The notes: generated by a model not told the origin, from the sequence alone. A DNA stretch of 59,731 nucleotides, filler included, from Sphacelaria rigidula (GCA_964200075.2; 7 parts of 7 records of this genome joined end to end with filler, not necessarily neighbours in it); one strand, 5' to 3'; shown: positions 1 through 12,503, counted from the first letter of the whole stretch. Translations and numbers: made by a program.

Positions 1-40
<40 letters not shown>

Positions 41-51
41 TAATAAATAAT
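1..51. repeat. (AAT)n microsatellite
   Basis: Direct reading; at the contig start. Confidence 0.95.
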
Positions 52-81
52 GCCTATTTCGCTTTCAACGGTTTGTGCCAG

Positions 82-365
82 GTAATGGGCTTCACGGTTA
101 ACCGACCGGCTGTGTCGGGACTGACATCAATGGGGACAAACGCGAGTACAATGTCTCCTCCTCCCGATAACGAGGGACTCAAGTACTACCCTCCAACGGG
201 GACCACGATATCGCTTCCGACTGTGGATTATGTCGATATTGCAAAGCCGGGGCTGTGGAGATCTTGCGACAACTGCCAGATTCTGTGCCAAGACATCGGG
301 ACTGGCGACCTCCTGGTGTGTGGGGGCTGCTTGGGTCCCAGCTACTGGGCTGCTCACTACTGCAG
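82..365 (+). CDS. MYND-type zinc-finger protein, penultimate exon (partial gene)
   Basis: Acceptor tgccag|G at 81/82. Open frame VMGFTVNR...CDNC-x14-CGGC-x9-YC, then donor AG|gtatat at 365/366 (phase 2). Joins the exon at 1643 to give YCSEHCQRADWGRHKLWC. Confidence 0.8.
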
Positions 366-1642
366 GTATATTGCCGGTTGGTGCGACCATGGATAGCTGC
401 TCGTGATTGCTTTCTGCCACAGGGTACGTAGTTGCTGACCTATGCGATCGAAAATGGTTGTACCGAAAAAGAGGGAAGGGAGCACCGGCGAGTGTTTTGC
501 TCAACCGAGCCCATTAACCCGGTGGCTCGGAGTTCGGCTTGAAACATTCAACAGGTGGCGGCCCCAGGCTTGGGAACGGGGGAATGGTGTCCCAGTTCAA
601 GCCGAGCGCTTTCCAGACCAGCCATGCGTGTTGCCAAGGACTTTCTTGGTCGGGCAACAGGATTGAAGACAGTAGAACCGTCAATGCTGGCTTTCAAGGG
701 TCGAGTGGTGCAGGATGTGTTTCGTACAATTGCGTATCTTGGCCCATCCGGAAGTCGACCTGCATATGACCAAACTGTAGCGATCACAAGGCATTTCAAA
801 CACATAAAAGAGGATACGTCTGCCGCTTTTTGCGCGATATAGGCCACCCGCCTGCCCCTTACTTTGCTATCAAAATAGCTTCACACTGTTGTAGGATACG
901 ACGTCGAGATGACGGCGCAACACTGACTGTATAACGAGGGTCGAGGCCACTCGTTTGTTTCGTACTGGTGTACTTTGCCATTGATGAAGACGTGCGCGAC
1001 ACAACATTTGTGTTGTGATGTACGTATGAGACTAGGTGGCATGTGATGCAACATTAAAAATGCTCGAGGTGAGCAAGCGCGGCCCCGAAAATTTCTGATT
1101 TACGAAAGCATGGGCAAAGAGAGGACTCTGCTTACTTACATCGCAAGAGTAATAGTTTCCAACTTCGATGACGCGCAAAGCGTGTACCCGGTTAATATGG
1201 TGAACAGTGAAAACTGTCCCCTCTTCCGCTCAAAACCGGTCAGGAGTCCTGTGTACAATTTTTTCACCACTGCTCAGCACCCACGTGTTCATGCGAATAG
1301 GTGTGCAGTCACTTGGAAAGTGGTGAATCCAAAGTCGAATTGGCGGCTGGTATTATCGAGCAATCTTGAGGGTCGCGGTCAAAGCGTGGACTCTCGCTAC
1401 GTGTAGTTCGTGGTCAAGCGCGTCCAGTGGCATCAATATCATTTTCGCAGATTCATTTGGCGAAACGCATGGATGTTAGGTTCACTCCTCACCACCGTGT
1501 TCCGACACCATCGACGCGACAGGCCTTCTTGAGATGAAGAACTCACATTTGATGACTTTTTGCATTTCTCCATTCGTAGCCTGACCTTTATTTTGCCCCC
1601 GTGTACATGCGCACTGTCTCATGGACTCAACCGTTTCAACAG

Positions 1643-1745
1643 CGAACACTGTCAGAGGGCGGACTGGGGGCGTCATAAGCTGTGGTGCAACAAAACCTAC
1701 GATGAAGTATGCCAGGCGAAGGCTGCATTCGAGAGACGGGGATAG
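1643..1745 (+). CDS. MYND-type zinc-finger protein, terminal exon
   Basis: Acceptor tttcaacag|C, phase-compatible with the 365 donor (AG+C = Ser). Encodes EHCQRADWGRHKLWC, the C-x3-CQ-x3-W-x2-H-x3-C half of MYND, and ends in TAG. Confidence 0.85.
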
Positions 1746-3237
1746 TGATGTGCCCCATCCTGCGGTATCTTATTGAACGCTGCACCCAACACCAATGTGT
1801 TGAATGTGTCGGACAGGAATGCAGGATGTGGCGGCAGGGAACTGAGCCGTCGAAATGGATGGAAAATATCGTGCATCACGTTGTACACATGGATCATTCA
1901 TGGCTGTACAAGATTGTATATAGCGCGTATTGTATGCATCTACTCACGAGATTGGCGAACTGTCCAAGCGACAGTCAGTAGCATTAGAAAATGTGTGCAT
2001 TATTAACTGTACCCTATATTTCAGTTGGGAGAAGGGAGCCCATGCACTGTCCGTGGAATAAAGTAGGTTTGTACTGTTGGTTGTTTTTTTGCATCAAATT
2101 CAGGTGATTGTCCCTTGTAGCCAACATATATTGCTGCAACATCGTGAGGGCCGGCTGGAGGTCACTGGTAAGCTCCACCACCCTGAGTTTCGATGAATCA
2201 TCCGTGGGGGCCAATGGTTCGTGATACCCCCCAGTGGCCAACTACCGTTTGTGCTTAATCACGGGGGGCAAGGACACTGGGAAATTATTCTGTCAGAGGG
2301 GGGCGATAGGCCCAGGGTACGACATAGATTGTACTATGCGTAGATGAGGGCCTGTTGTGTGTATTTTAGTTCTGATTCGATGCGACACGCAAGGTCGGTC
2401 GGAGTTTTGTGATTGCTCCCAGCGAGCTGAGCGTTTGTGCGTGGATGCGATTGGTTCGCGATATAGACTATAGGGGCCACGCACTTTACGTTGGCGTGAT
2501 GGAGCTAAATATCAATAGCACAGGGAGGAATCTGTGCTGTGGGCCTAGATGAAAGTCCTCGACACCCTCTGAGGGCCAAATTATGTTGAAGTCTGTGAAT
2601 TGGGTTTATGGGATCATAATACCACGCACACTGCACTTTCGTGGAGGTGTACCAGGGTAATTTTGATACGCTGAGACATGGAACGTCGATGAAGATTGAT
2701 GAATGCCCCCCAACACGCTTGAGCTTGAGGCATATCGTTGGTGCGTAGGTTTTGAATGGTTTGCGATACCTTCCGAGGCGCCATGTATATATATATATAT
2801 ATATATATATACGGAGTATTTCCCTGAGGGAGTACTCCATGAGTGGGTACCTCAACATGGTCTTCGTGAGTCAATATCCGTGGCAGTAGAGGGAGAAGGT
2901 TGTGCCTGACCATTTTGGAACCAAAGGCCTTGTGAGGTGCATACTGACACACAGGCTGCAACATGAGAGCGGTCGCGCCATAGGTTGAACACTCCCTTCC
3001 CATAATTACCTCGAAAGCTGTTATTGCGCCCTTTCTGTGAAGGTTGATTGATAATGTATGTTCATGCAAAGTTTTGTGTCACTCGCCCTGTGATCCCTTC
3101 CATGACCCATACGACAAAGCACAGGGGCGCAGAACCTGCCAGCAGCGCCCCCTCGCATCTTGAACACGGAGTGTGGGCTTTTGAGGGACACCGATCCATC
3201 TATCGCGACGGGCGAAACCCTGTAAACCTTGAAATAA

Positions 3238-4163
3238 CACCGGATCTCACAAACTGGGGATAGATCATTTACTGGGGATGAGAAACCCGGAGGATGAAAA
3301 TCTTCGTATCCACACGAAATCTTCGAAATATGGTTCCATTTCTTCACCTGCTGATCGCTATTGACAACTGCTACACGCTGTACAAATGTGGATTTCGATT
3401 ACCGAAATGTTGGGGTCCTAGGTGAGAAACCAATTTTGGGGAATTTCGGGTGTCCGAACGGACGCCAAGATTGGTTTCGAAATTGGTTTTTCACCCAGGA
3501 CCCCAACATTTCGGTGATCGAAATCAATTTTTCTATAGCGTGTAGCAGTTGTCAATAGCTATCAGGCCGCTTCTTATAGCCTGAAAAAAATTATCTCTGA
3601 GAAATGCCCTTTTGAACCTTTCATCACGGATTATTGGCGGAATACGGGCCTTGGCAAATTTGGCCTCCTCGGAAAGATTTGCCCTATTTTTCACGAGGAT
3701 TCCAGCACGCTTGTCCGATATTTCGTACTTCCAGTTTTACTCTTGGCCAGATTCTGAATTTTTTCAGTCACCTGAAAAAACTTCGAGTTGTCGGCAAGAA
3801 GTACGTATTTTTCCCGACAACTGGACGATTTTCGCGGCGACTGAAAGCATCCAGAAGACGACCAAGAGTAAAACTGGGAGTACGAAATATCGGACAAGCG
3901 CGCTAGAATCCTCGTGAAAAATAGAGCAATTTTTTCCGAGGGGGCCAAATCCGCCAAGGCCCGTATCCCGCCAATAATCCGTGGTGAAAGGTTCCAAAAG
4001 ACAGTTCTCAGACAGATTTTTTTCAGTCTATAAGAAGCGGCCTCAGTAGGTGAAGAAATGGCACCATATATATTTCGAAAATTTCGGGTGGATACGAAGA
4101 TTTTAATCCTTATGGTTTCTCATCCCCAATAAATGATCCATCCCCAATTTGTAAGATCCCGCG
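3238..4163. mobile_element. Foldback MITE (~450 bp without its insert), interrupted by a second MITE
   Basis: 3238-3354 is the reverse complement of 4043-4163, and 3355-3561 is a hairpin. Removing 3565-4045 yields one continuous hairpin. Confidence 0.8.
3565..4042. mobile_element. PIF/Harbinger (Tourist)-like foldback MITE, 478 bp
   Basis: Termini GGCCGCTTCTTATAG...CTATAAGAAGCGGCC, arms pair almost to the centre (~3805), 3-bp TSD TCA at 3562-3564 and 4043-4045. Confidence 0.85.
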
Positions 4164-5361
4164 TTAAATGCGTTTGTCCACTTTTCGCGACCACCGTGAT
4201 GAAACGCGTTCTGAGTTGGCATATGCCATCATACAGGTGTGTGAGTGTGCTGAACGGTACCTGAAATCAGAGGTCGTTCATGCACACCTTCGACGTACCC
4301 CCCGAAACATTACTGGCACATGAACCGAAATATCACCGGGTCTTGTCTTTCAGCCACCAGCAGGAAGAAGGAATATGCAGCACCGTCAGGAAAACGAAGC
4401 GAGGCGAAGGAATACTAGAGACGTGGCGTGGCGGGTTACAGAAGCCGCTCCCACCAAGGAAAACCCTTTTGTGCCCATTATCAAAACCACATTGATCGCC
4501 CTCGAGATTTATTCTAGCGGGCACTGTGCGTTAGGCATGCCACACATCGAGCAAAGTACGCCCGCTGTAGATTCGTCGCTACGAGCGACGCTGTCTTGGC
4601 CACCCCACAAGATCACTATCGCCTCCTCCACACAGCAGCGAAAAGAGGAAGGCACCAGCACTTGATAAAGAGGGACGGATCAGTGTGCATGTATTATCCC
4701 TGCCGTCACGCATGCACCCTTGTCACCGTCGTCACAGATGGATCTTGTCCCATGTCTGGGTACGTGTTCCCTGTACCCCGTTTTCAAAAACGCCTACTGC
4801 ATATGTGTGCAATTGGCTGTTTGGTCGAATCGTTTCTCCGTCAAAGGATCGAATAGCGTATACCTCGGCATGAGGCTACGCTTCCGGGGTTGGGATGGAG
4901 GAGAGTATCCCCCATGGCGCACGGAGCCACATGTTCCATGCGCCAGCGCTTTTTCTTCGGAGTTTCGAGCTTTGTCTCTCCTGCTTGTCCTGAAAATTGA
5001 CAACGCAGGTACAATGGTCACAGCACCTTCCGCCTTCCGACGTCCCAGGCCACTACCGAGCAGTACGTATGTCGAACGAGGAGAATCTATCACTCCTCTG
5101 ATAGCGATGGCAATGACATCAGTAATGGAGCAAGGAGACGCGATGGTGACGGAACATGAGGGGGATGTGAGCGACGCTTACTGGGTACCTTCGTGTCGCA
5201 TTTCCGTTAAACAGCGGTTCCGTCTTTATCGGTTGCTGTGGTGATGCCATTTCTGTTCCGAATTTGACCGGAGTAGCTCTGTGCACCATTCGATGTTGGC
5301 AGGAGTCAAACGGGGATCCTTTGAAAAGAGGGCTCCGACGAACTTCGCAGCGAAACATGAA

Positions 5362-5414
<53 letters not shown>

Positions 5415-6152
5415 TGTATCGCACATGCTAACGGGCGTCATGTACGCCCGCCTCATGATCCTCGCAACAACTGAGATAAATTCCTTGAGCGGCATGAAGG
5501 TTGTACAACAACAGGGGTCATATTCCGTAGCCTCGTGATTATTCTGCATCAGTTCCCGTGACTTGCTGTGACCAATATCCTGTTTCTGTACGCGTGCCTC
5601 CAAGAGCAAGTATGATCCCAAACATCTACAACGCCAATCTTCCTGATTTGTTTCAGAAGCTTTGTATTGGTGATCTTGGAAGCGCAACTACCATGGAACA
5701 GTAGTATTTGTCTGTCAGCCACAGTCTCACCTCATTTGACTCATGTCCGTTTTTTTCGGGCCATACAGCAGGGGGATGCACAAGAACGCGAACTGCGTGC
5801 ATCATGCTGTGGATTTCGCACCGGTGAGGTGGCGGAGTTCTGTGCAGTTACATCGTACCCTGCATTAGGTCTCATGGTATATCCATCTTACCCAAAAATT
5901 ATGCTGGCTAATCGCGAAGCCCGGGAGAAATTGCTTTCACTGGGGCAAGAAATAATCTTGACATCAAACTCGAAGGAGAGGTCACAAGGCTTGATCGCTG
6001 GAGGTGGTCCCCCTTGGACTCTCGTCGCTGTTGATAGTGCTCGGAAGGAATCACCCTTAGGAAGACTACTAGCTCCTAGGGAGCAGAGGAAATGTTCCTC
6101 CAATGGGGGTGTGCTTGCAGACTTCGCGGCCGCGAGCCAAGCGTCAGTGGCC

Positions 6153-6689
6153 ATGGCAGGCGGGGGGGAATACGAGCCCCCAGGGAACAGAACCACTACA
6201 GCGCACGAGGTGCGGTGCGCCTGTGTGCATGACTCCAACTACAACACGTAGCGAGCGGTCGGTGTTTGCGCTCACGAGGGTGTCAGCCTAAGCGCTACTG
6301 GTTGAGTAATGACCATACGATCATGTTGTGTTCGCCTTCTGACAGGGAACCTTCGTGGGAAGCATAGTCTAGTTCGCGCGAGAGTGCAGTTGGCAGTCGT
6401 TACGGCGAGAAACCGCACATACATGTAGTGGGTGTCCTGGCAGCTGAGCATGCACGTGATTCGAATCCTGTTATCGTTTCATTTATCACGACGCCAGCAG
6501 AACTTCGAGACAATTTCGTTGGATTTGGACAACGACCTTCCCGCTAGCCTGGGAAGGGAGCGCGATAGCGAGGACATTTGTGATTCGGATGCTGACGTGG
6601 ATGGGAGCAGCGCGGGCACGGTGATGACAAGCTCTCGCTCGAGGCGGCGGTCGGTATGGAATGCCCTGAACGTTGTTCATCTGCTCAGG
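6153..6689 (+). CDS. Possible 5' exons (6153-6209, 6498-6689) of an unidentified gene
   Basis: gccATGg start, donor GAG|gtgcgg, NAGNAG acceptor cagcag, open acidic frame, donor AGG|gtaagg; all phase 0. No recognisable domain. A further exon-like block lies at ~7972-8077. Confidence 0.35.
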
Positions 6690-7539
6690 GTAAGGAACAC
6701 GAGTACCAAATCCAAGCGTTTCGCTTGCTTCATGAGACACGTCACATACATGGAGGCACCTTAAGGCAACACGTTACTGCCGATACCACGTCTGGAGAGT
6801 AGTATTTATTTGGTGAACCGTGGATCTTGAGTAATAATACTTTATATCAGTGCGAAGCCCTGGCGAAGCATATATTTTATGCCGGCAAACTCTACCCACT
6901 ACGCCCGGCGTCGACGGTGATGTGGACGCCACACCCTGGATATCGTGCTACAAACGGCGCTTGCGATATCGACCATTTTACCAGTGCAATGAACTTTCCC
7001 CTCTCGTATCCTCTTGTAAACGGTTCCATCCGCAGCCTGTAGATACGCCCACTCCATCATCGCATGCCGCTTCTAGCACCAGCACCAACCTGATGCAGGA
7101 CGACCTACCGCGTATCGACAAGCACTCACCTATTCTTCCTTCTACTCTGAGGGAAACATCCTCCCTGTATGCGAGGTTAGGAAGGGACCAAGGCAGTAGC
7201 ATGCAAAGTGCTGCGTCGACACGACCTGGCCACAATACTGACGGGTTCACCAGGTTAGCGGAGAAGAAGGCGATACTTACTGTATTGACTGATTCGTGTG
7301 GGCGTGCTGCCGTGCTATCGTGAGCCTGTGCCGTTTTCTTTTCCAAAATAAAACGGGTATGAATCTTAGCATACATGCCTGCTCGCTCAGTCACGGGTGA
7401 TAGACGAGTTCGAAGCCAGACCTTGTCCAGGAAGCGAACAGTTTTCCTATTGAACCAGTGAGCACTCACTGCTTCAATGGATGAACGGTTCGCTTTTTGA
7501 ACAAAAGATACGTCGTATGGTCCATCCCGGCATAACACA

Positions 7540-7820
7540 TGGGTGAATTCCGGAACTCCCAGACCGTCGCAAGCCTCACTGTTCACATGTATGTCAAAAT
7601 TTCCTCTCCCACAATCGGTCATGCCGGGACTCGAACCTCATGTATTTTGTTCAGGAAGCAAATATTTTACCTGTTTCATTCACTGGTTCAATGGTCAAAT
7701 GCCCGCTCATGGAACAAGAGATCGGAAGTTCGAGTCTCCAGACGACCGATTATTAGTGAAATTTGAAATGTGAACAGTGAGGCTTGCGAGGGGCAAGAAG
7801 CTCCGGAGATCACTGAAGTA
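7540..7820. repeat. Imperfect foldback (probable MITE)
   Basis: tcgcaagcctcactgttcacat pairs with atgtgaacagtgaggcttgcga; inner atcggtc..gactcgaac pairs with gttcgagtc..gaccgat. Confidence 0.7.
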
Positions 7821-8327
7821 AAGCAGTGAGACGGTCACTAGCTCAATGGGTAAACTGTTCGCTTTCTGAACAGACCTTTCCCTAGCTCTATATGCTGAGA
7901 GCACATCGTGAGACGACGCAGTCACAGTGCGACATCAACATATTGATGCGCATTTTTTGCTTTCAACGCAGGATCGACGAGGACGACATAGGAGGCGGGG
8001 GCATCTTCGAAGTTCAATGTTCCGCCAAGAGTGTTGGGTTGCTCGATGCTCTTGGGAGCTTCACAAATGTACTACAGGTTTGTGCGCATCATGCCGCACG
8101 GCACATGTAGTTCATATAAGGTCCTCACCAGAATTTAACTCGCGCGCCCCGACGAATATTGTTTCATCACGCCTGTCTTGTACAGTAGGCTGAGACATTT
8201 GACCGTTTACCATGCCATTGTAATGCGTGAGCGGACCGCGTGCTTTTCGGACCGCATTGGAGTTCACAACACTCCGGGGACCGACGTTTGTATAGATCGC
8301 TCAAGCCAGTCCCTGCAGGGACCGCGC

Positions 8328-8381
8328 CCCTGACCCTGACCGTAACCCCAACCCTAACCCTTACCCTTACCCTTACCCTAA
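8328..8381. repeat. Degenerate interstitial telomere-like (CCCTAA/CCCTTA)n tract
   Basis: About 9 hexamers: ccctga, ccgtaa, ccccaa, ccctaa, ccctta. Confidence 0.75.
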
Positions 8382-8449
8382 TCATAGAACAACAAATTGT
8401 GCGAATTGAGGTTTACCTCCGAGATGAGGCTCAAGCCTAAAACAGTGCT

Positions 8450-8549
8450 NNNNNNNNNNNNNNNNNNNNNNNNNNNNNNNNNNNNNNNNNNNNTTAATTA
8501 ATTAANNNNNNNNNNNNNNNNNNNNNNNNNNNNNNNNNNNNNNNNNNNN
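8450..8549. other. Artificial contig linker (also 16998-17097, 25546-25645, 34093-34192, 42640-42739, 51186-51285)
   Basis: N44 + TTAATTAATTAA (stops in all frames) + N44. Contig lengths are 8449, 8448, 8448, 8447, 8447, 8446, 8446. Confidence 0.98.
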
Positions 8550-8743
8550 CACAATTTTCCAACTCAAAGGCAGCCCTAAATCCGATTTCCCCCCCCCCCC
8601 CCCCCCCCCCACGGGGTAATTGAGATTTCCTAAACAACCAGAGAATACTTCAGTTTGTTTTGCGAAGCACCCTTCAAGTAATGCTGCGCGGATTTTTTTG
8701 CCGTTCGGATAGTGATGGCGCAAATTCTTACGCCGGCTCTTAC

Positions 8744-8845
8744 GTTTACGGCGTTGGCATCCACCTCCTTCATGTTAAGCAGGACCTTGACCACCATTGC
8801 GTCGTTTCTGGCGGCTGCTATGTGCAGCGCCGTCAATCCCGATCC
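8744..8845 (-). CDS. Ankyrin-repeat protein exon
   Basis: Acceptor cctgcag|, 102 nt phase 0-0, GSGLTALHIAAARNDAMVVKVLLNMKEVDANAVN (canonical G-TALH-AA...LL...DAN), donor |gtaaga. Confidence 0.85.
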
Positions 8846-9497
8846 CTGCAGGACACGATTGGAACCAAACTGCGGGTTGTGGTAGTGGCCATGAAGCATG
8901 TAGGCATGGATACAAACCGTAGATGAGCGGGTTGATTGACTTTGCGGAGCTCGTTTATCATGTTGTCGACCGGTGCTTTGGGCACCGTCACGATGGCAAC
9001 CCTATTCGCAGCATTCGATCCGCTGTTTGAGCAGCACAGTGTCGATTTCAGGTGATCGTTGTTTGACGCCAGGTTGAGTGTGTCTATACCCTGATCAGTT
9101 GCGTACGAGTAGCTTCGTGGAAAAGAGGGGTACCGCTCTTGAAAACTATTGTGATCTGTTTTGACAGCAGATCCAGCAAAGGAGAGGTTATCAGATCCCT
9201 CGTCTTGGCGCCAGTTTGATATTCGTTGCGACCAAAGGCATTGATCTGTTCAGCATACTCACCGTCTGATTTGTCGGTGGACGGACGCCCTATACACATG
9301 CTCAGGGCTTCAGAAGACGTCTAGTAGACGATGGGATACAAACTTCCGTACAAAGGTTTTTTGAGGATATGAAATTGTGCACCAAGCTGCCCGCAACGAG
9401 TATCCTTCACTAGATATGGTGTCGCTTATCTACGGTGGTATGAAACGTTTTACGTGTATATTTTCCTCCACGTTCGCTGGATACATCTTGTACTCAC

Positions 9498-9635
9498 GCA
9501 TTTTTTATCGACGGGGCAGCCCTGCGCGAATAGTTCTTCGACGCACCAGGCGTGGCCAGTGGCGGCAGCAGCCAGCACGCGGCCTTCTGGTGGTAGTACA
9601 GCCAACCGACGCAACTCGCGCTCGTTGGCAAATGA
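9498..9635 (-). CDS. Ankyrin-repeat protein, upstream exon
   Basis: Acceptor gtccag|, 138 nt phase 0-0, ...VLAAAATGHAWCVEELFAQGCPVDKKC, donor |gtgagt. Joins in frame to the exon at 8845. Confidence 0.8.
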
Positions 9636-10559
9636 CTGGACGATTAAGAGCAGCACGGCGGGCAACATAAACACCCGCGTGCACGAAAAAGGCAGACCAT
9701 ATCAGAAGTTGTATATAGTACATGCGGTAGCTATCACATCCTATTTAGTATGCGTTGCAGGGGTGGGCGAATTCATTGTCCCAGTTCAGTGTCCTATTGA
9801 GCACCCGTTGACTGCTTTCTTTTGCGTTTCTTCTAGCGATAGCTAAACCCGATTGTGCGACAGAGGGGTACCAAATACAGGACACGCAACACGAGAACAC
9901 GCAACACGAGAACACGCAACACGAGAACGGAGCATTTAAGCATGTTTCAGAAGGGGCACCACAGAGTTCGAAGCAAGGCGCGTGCGCATCTGCTACGCTA
10001 CAGGCATATCCCCATACTGTACTCAAACGCACATGAAGCAAAACTGTTGAAGCCTCAGAAAAGTTGTGAAACTCTGTGCGTGGAACTTTGCTCGTCAAAA
10101 AGAATGTTCGGTCGATCTCGTCTCTCCACGTCTATCATGTACCCCAACTCTAAGGGCTAGGAACGTTCGATGCGGGTTAAGCGAAGTAAGCAGAGGAGGA
10201 CTCAACGGGGTATCGTGACGGGAGACAGTAGGGATTACATGGATCGAAACGTTTACACGTACATCAGAATAGGCTGCAATAAAACCTTCCGTTAAGCCAG
10301 GGTTATCGGTCGAGTACTCGAGCAGGTTTGTTGACCCCGCCCCCCATATGAAAACCGCACAGTCAGACACATTCTGAGCAGATGTAGTGGACGGCCCAAA
10401 TAAATTGTTGTAGCACAGCTGGGCGCGTAAATTTATTTCTGCTTCGTTGCTCTGTCGTATCGGCATGATGAGTCGAAACACGAACACAGGCGGCAACACT
10501 GGCGAGAATCGTGTGGTGACTGTGTGGCCATGACATTCCGGGTACAGCTGACATATGTG

Positions 10560-11080
10560 TATCCGCATCTCTGAAAACATTCAAGCCAACGTCAACGATC
10601 CTTCCTGAGTGTCTCAAAATGATCTGTTGTGAGAAACACGGTTCAGTCGACATCTTCATGACTTGCGTGCCCGTCACTAATCATCATCTTGACTTCCCCT
10701 CCGAGACTGCCCAACCGGTGCTGAAAAGCTAGCACGAGTGCACGAGAATTAATGCTTGGATACAGGTATAGATGATCCATATACTCTGCATTGGTCAGAT
10801 AGACATCTCTGGCAGATGATCCGCTAACTTCTATTGTTGTGTGTACTATCGGGCGGCAACGGCATGCTGGGGTATATGCAGTATATTGCCCAACCATATA
10901 CGGAGCGAGACAGACTCGCAGCGCCAGCCCGTGGGCAATACTTTCACTTCGCGTTCTGCCTATTTTGTCTTGGACGATGACCGGATGGTACTATTCATCA
11001 CCTCAACCCTTGAAGAGCCCATCTTTTTTGTTCCAACATTTTCCCGCTGACAGTCCTACAACTTTCTGAGGAATGATTTT
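10560..11080 (-). pseudogene. Probable pogo/Tc1-type DDE transposase relic
   Basis: KMMISDGHASH resembles the pogo LLILDGHxSH motif. After a stop and frameshift comes QQIIL...VDVGLNVF (cf. LQPLDVGxF). Heavily disrupted. Confidence 0.45.
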
Positions 11081-11845
11081 TGTAAGCGAAGAGATACGCT
11101 GGCAGGACACAGCCTCTTGGCAAGAGTACTGTAGTGAAACATATTCTTGTGACCTATGGGCGTGCGAAGAGTCTTCTGCCGTGCTTGAAGGAGGAGTGTG
11201 TAAGTTTGTTGTGGGTTCATACGTCGTTGTGCTACATGTGCTGAGCCGACATCGTCATACACATGTGGCCACATGTACAGATGGCGCGATTACCGCCATT
11301 GTTTTGCTGTACTGAGACAGCAATGTGCTGCTGGCTGAGGCCTATACACCAAAAACTATGACGCACGTCGCATGTATGGCAAAGGTCTACTTTATACGGG
11401 TGCCATCTCCTCATCAAAATCGATTGTTCTGAACGCCCCCCTCGAAACCATGTCTGCTAAAGTCGAAGCGGGGGGTCGGGTATTCCAAGGGCTAACGTAC
11501 AAACATGAACCTATTACAACCCTACAACCCATAAAGAGCGGGAATGGGTCTAGGAAAACAATCCATTTTCCTCCCAGAGCTTGGGGCGTCCTTTACTCGA
11601 AATTTGGGACGGAAACGAATATTCCAAGAGCAACGGCTTCAATATACTTCCTCCATCCGAACGATTCAGGCGTTCCTTTTCAAACCTTGGACGGCGACCT
11701 CCTGCTCAGCTCCCGTACTCTGCATGACTTCTCCCCCACTACCTGGCGTAGGCCCCTTCGTGCCAAGTAGGTGAGATAGTTGAGCAATAATGCGGGAGCC
11801 GGCGGTCGAGAAGGAGCCACGGTCTTGTTTTGTCGTGGAACCTCT

Positions 11846-12196
11846 GTCTGGGATATCACATATATGGGATATCAATATCTATCTGGGATACCTGTCTGGG
11901 ATACGGGCATCCATCTGAGATGTCCATCTGGGATATTAGATTCATGTGAGACGTTCATCTGGAATATGGACATACGTCGGGAATTTGAACGTCTATTCAG
12001 ATAATACATATCTCAGATATATCTCTCAAATGGACATCGCACATGGACATTCCAGATGGATATCCATACTATAGCTGGACGTCCATTCGAGATATGAATA
12101 TCCCAGATTGCCACTATATCCCAAATGGGTGTCCATATCCCAGATGGACATCCCCGATGGATGTGGTATCCCAGATGAATATACCGGATGGATAAG
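11846..12196. repeat. Foldback built from short CCATCTGGGATAT-like units
   Basis: Left half repeats (cca)tctgggata; right half repeats tatcccagatgg; orientation switches near 12010. Confidence 0.75.
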
Positions 12197-12247
12197 ATGA
12201 TCTGAAAGGAAGTTGAACGATAATGCAAGGGGTCGCTGTCTCAGGCT

Positions 12248-12503
12248 GAGGGATGCTACGGTAGGGGTGCACAAATATTTTCTGAGGTTAGAATTGTTTG
12301 GAGCCCTGTACCTCATGCCAAACACGACTTATGAATTATGTGAGAGTACGCCAGGATTGCTTTTCCATTGTGCTAGGGATGTCCCGAATAAATTTTCAAA
12401 CGGGGGTGCCCTGACCCATATTCTCGTGCATCTAGAATCTCTAGGAGCCCCTGAATCAGACAAGATTTCGGGCAAAATGTGCGCTCCTAGCGTAGCATCG
12501 CTC
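12248..12503. mobile_element. 256-bp MITE with GAG..CTC termini and 4-bp TSD (Sola2-like)
   Basis: 26-bp TIR gagggatgctacggtaggggtgcaca / tgtgcgctcctagcgtagcatcgctc, TSD GGCT on both sides. Sister copies at 44858-45114 and 13111-15186. Confidence 0.85.

Noticed and set aside
37-396. PHD-finger reading of the unspliced 119-aa ORF
   Set aside because: The spliced MYND interpretation explains the motif and the splice phases better.
2290-3070. Possible LINE reverse-transcriptase relic on the minus strand (KAFGS)
   Set aside because: Single weak motif; no QG or YADD motifs found.
8450-8549. Regularly spaced TTAATTAATTAA motif every ~8.5 kb
   Set aside because: Artificial linker in N-runs; the periodicity reflects length-sorted contigs.
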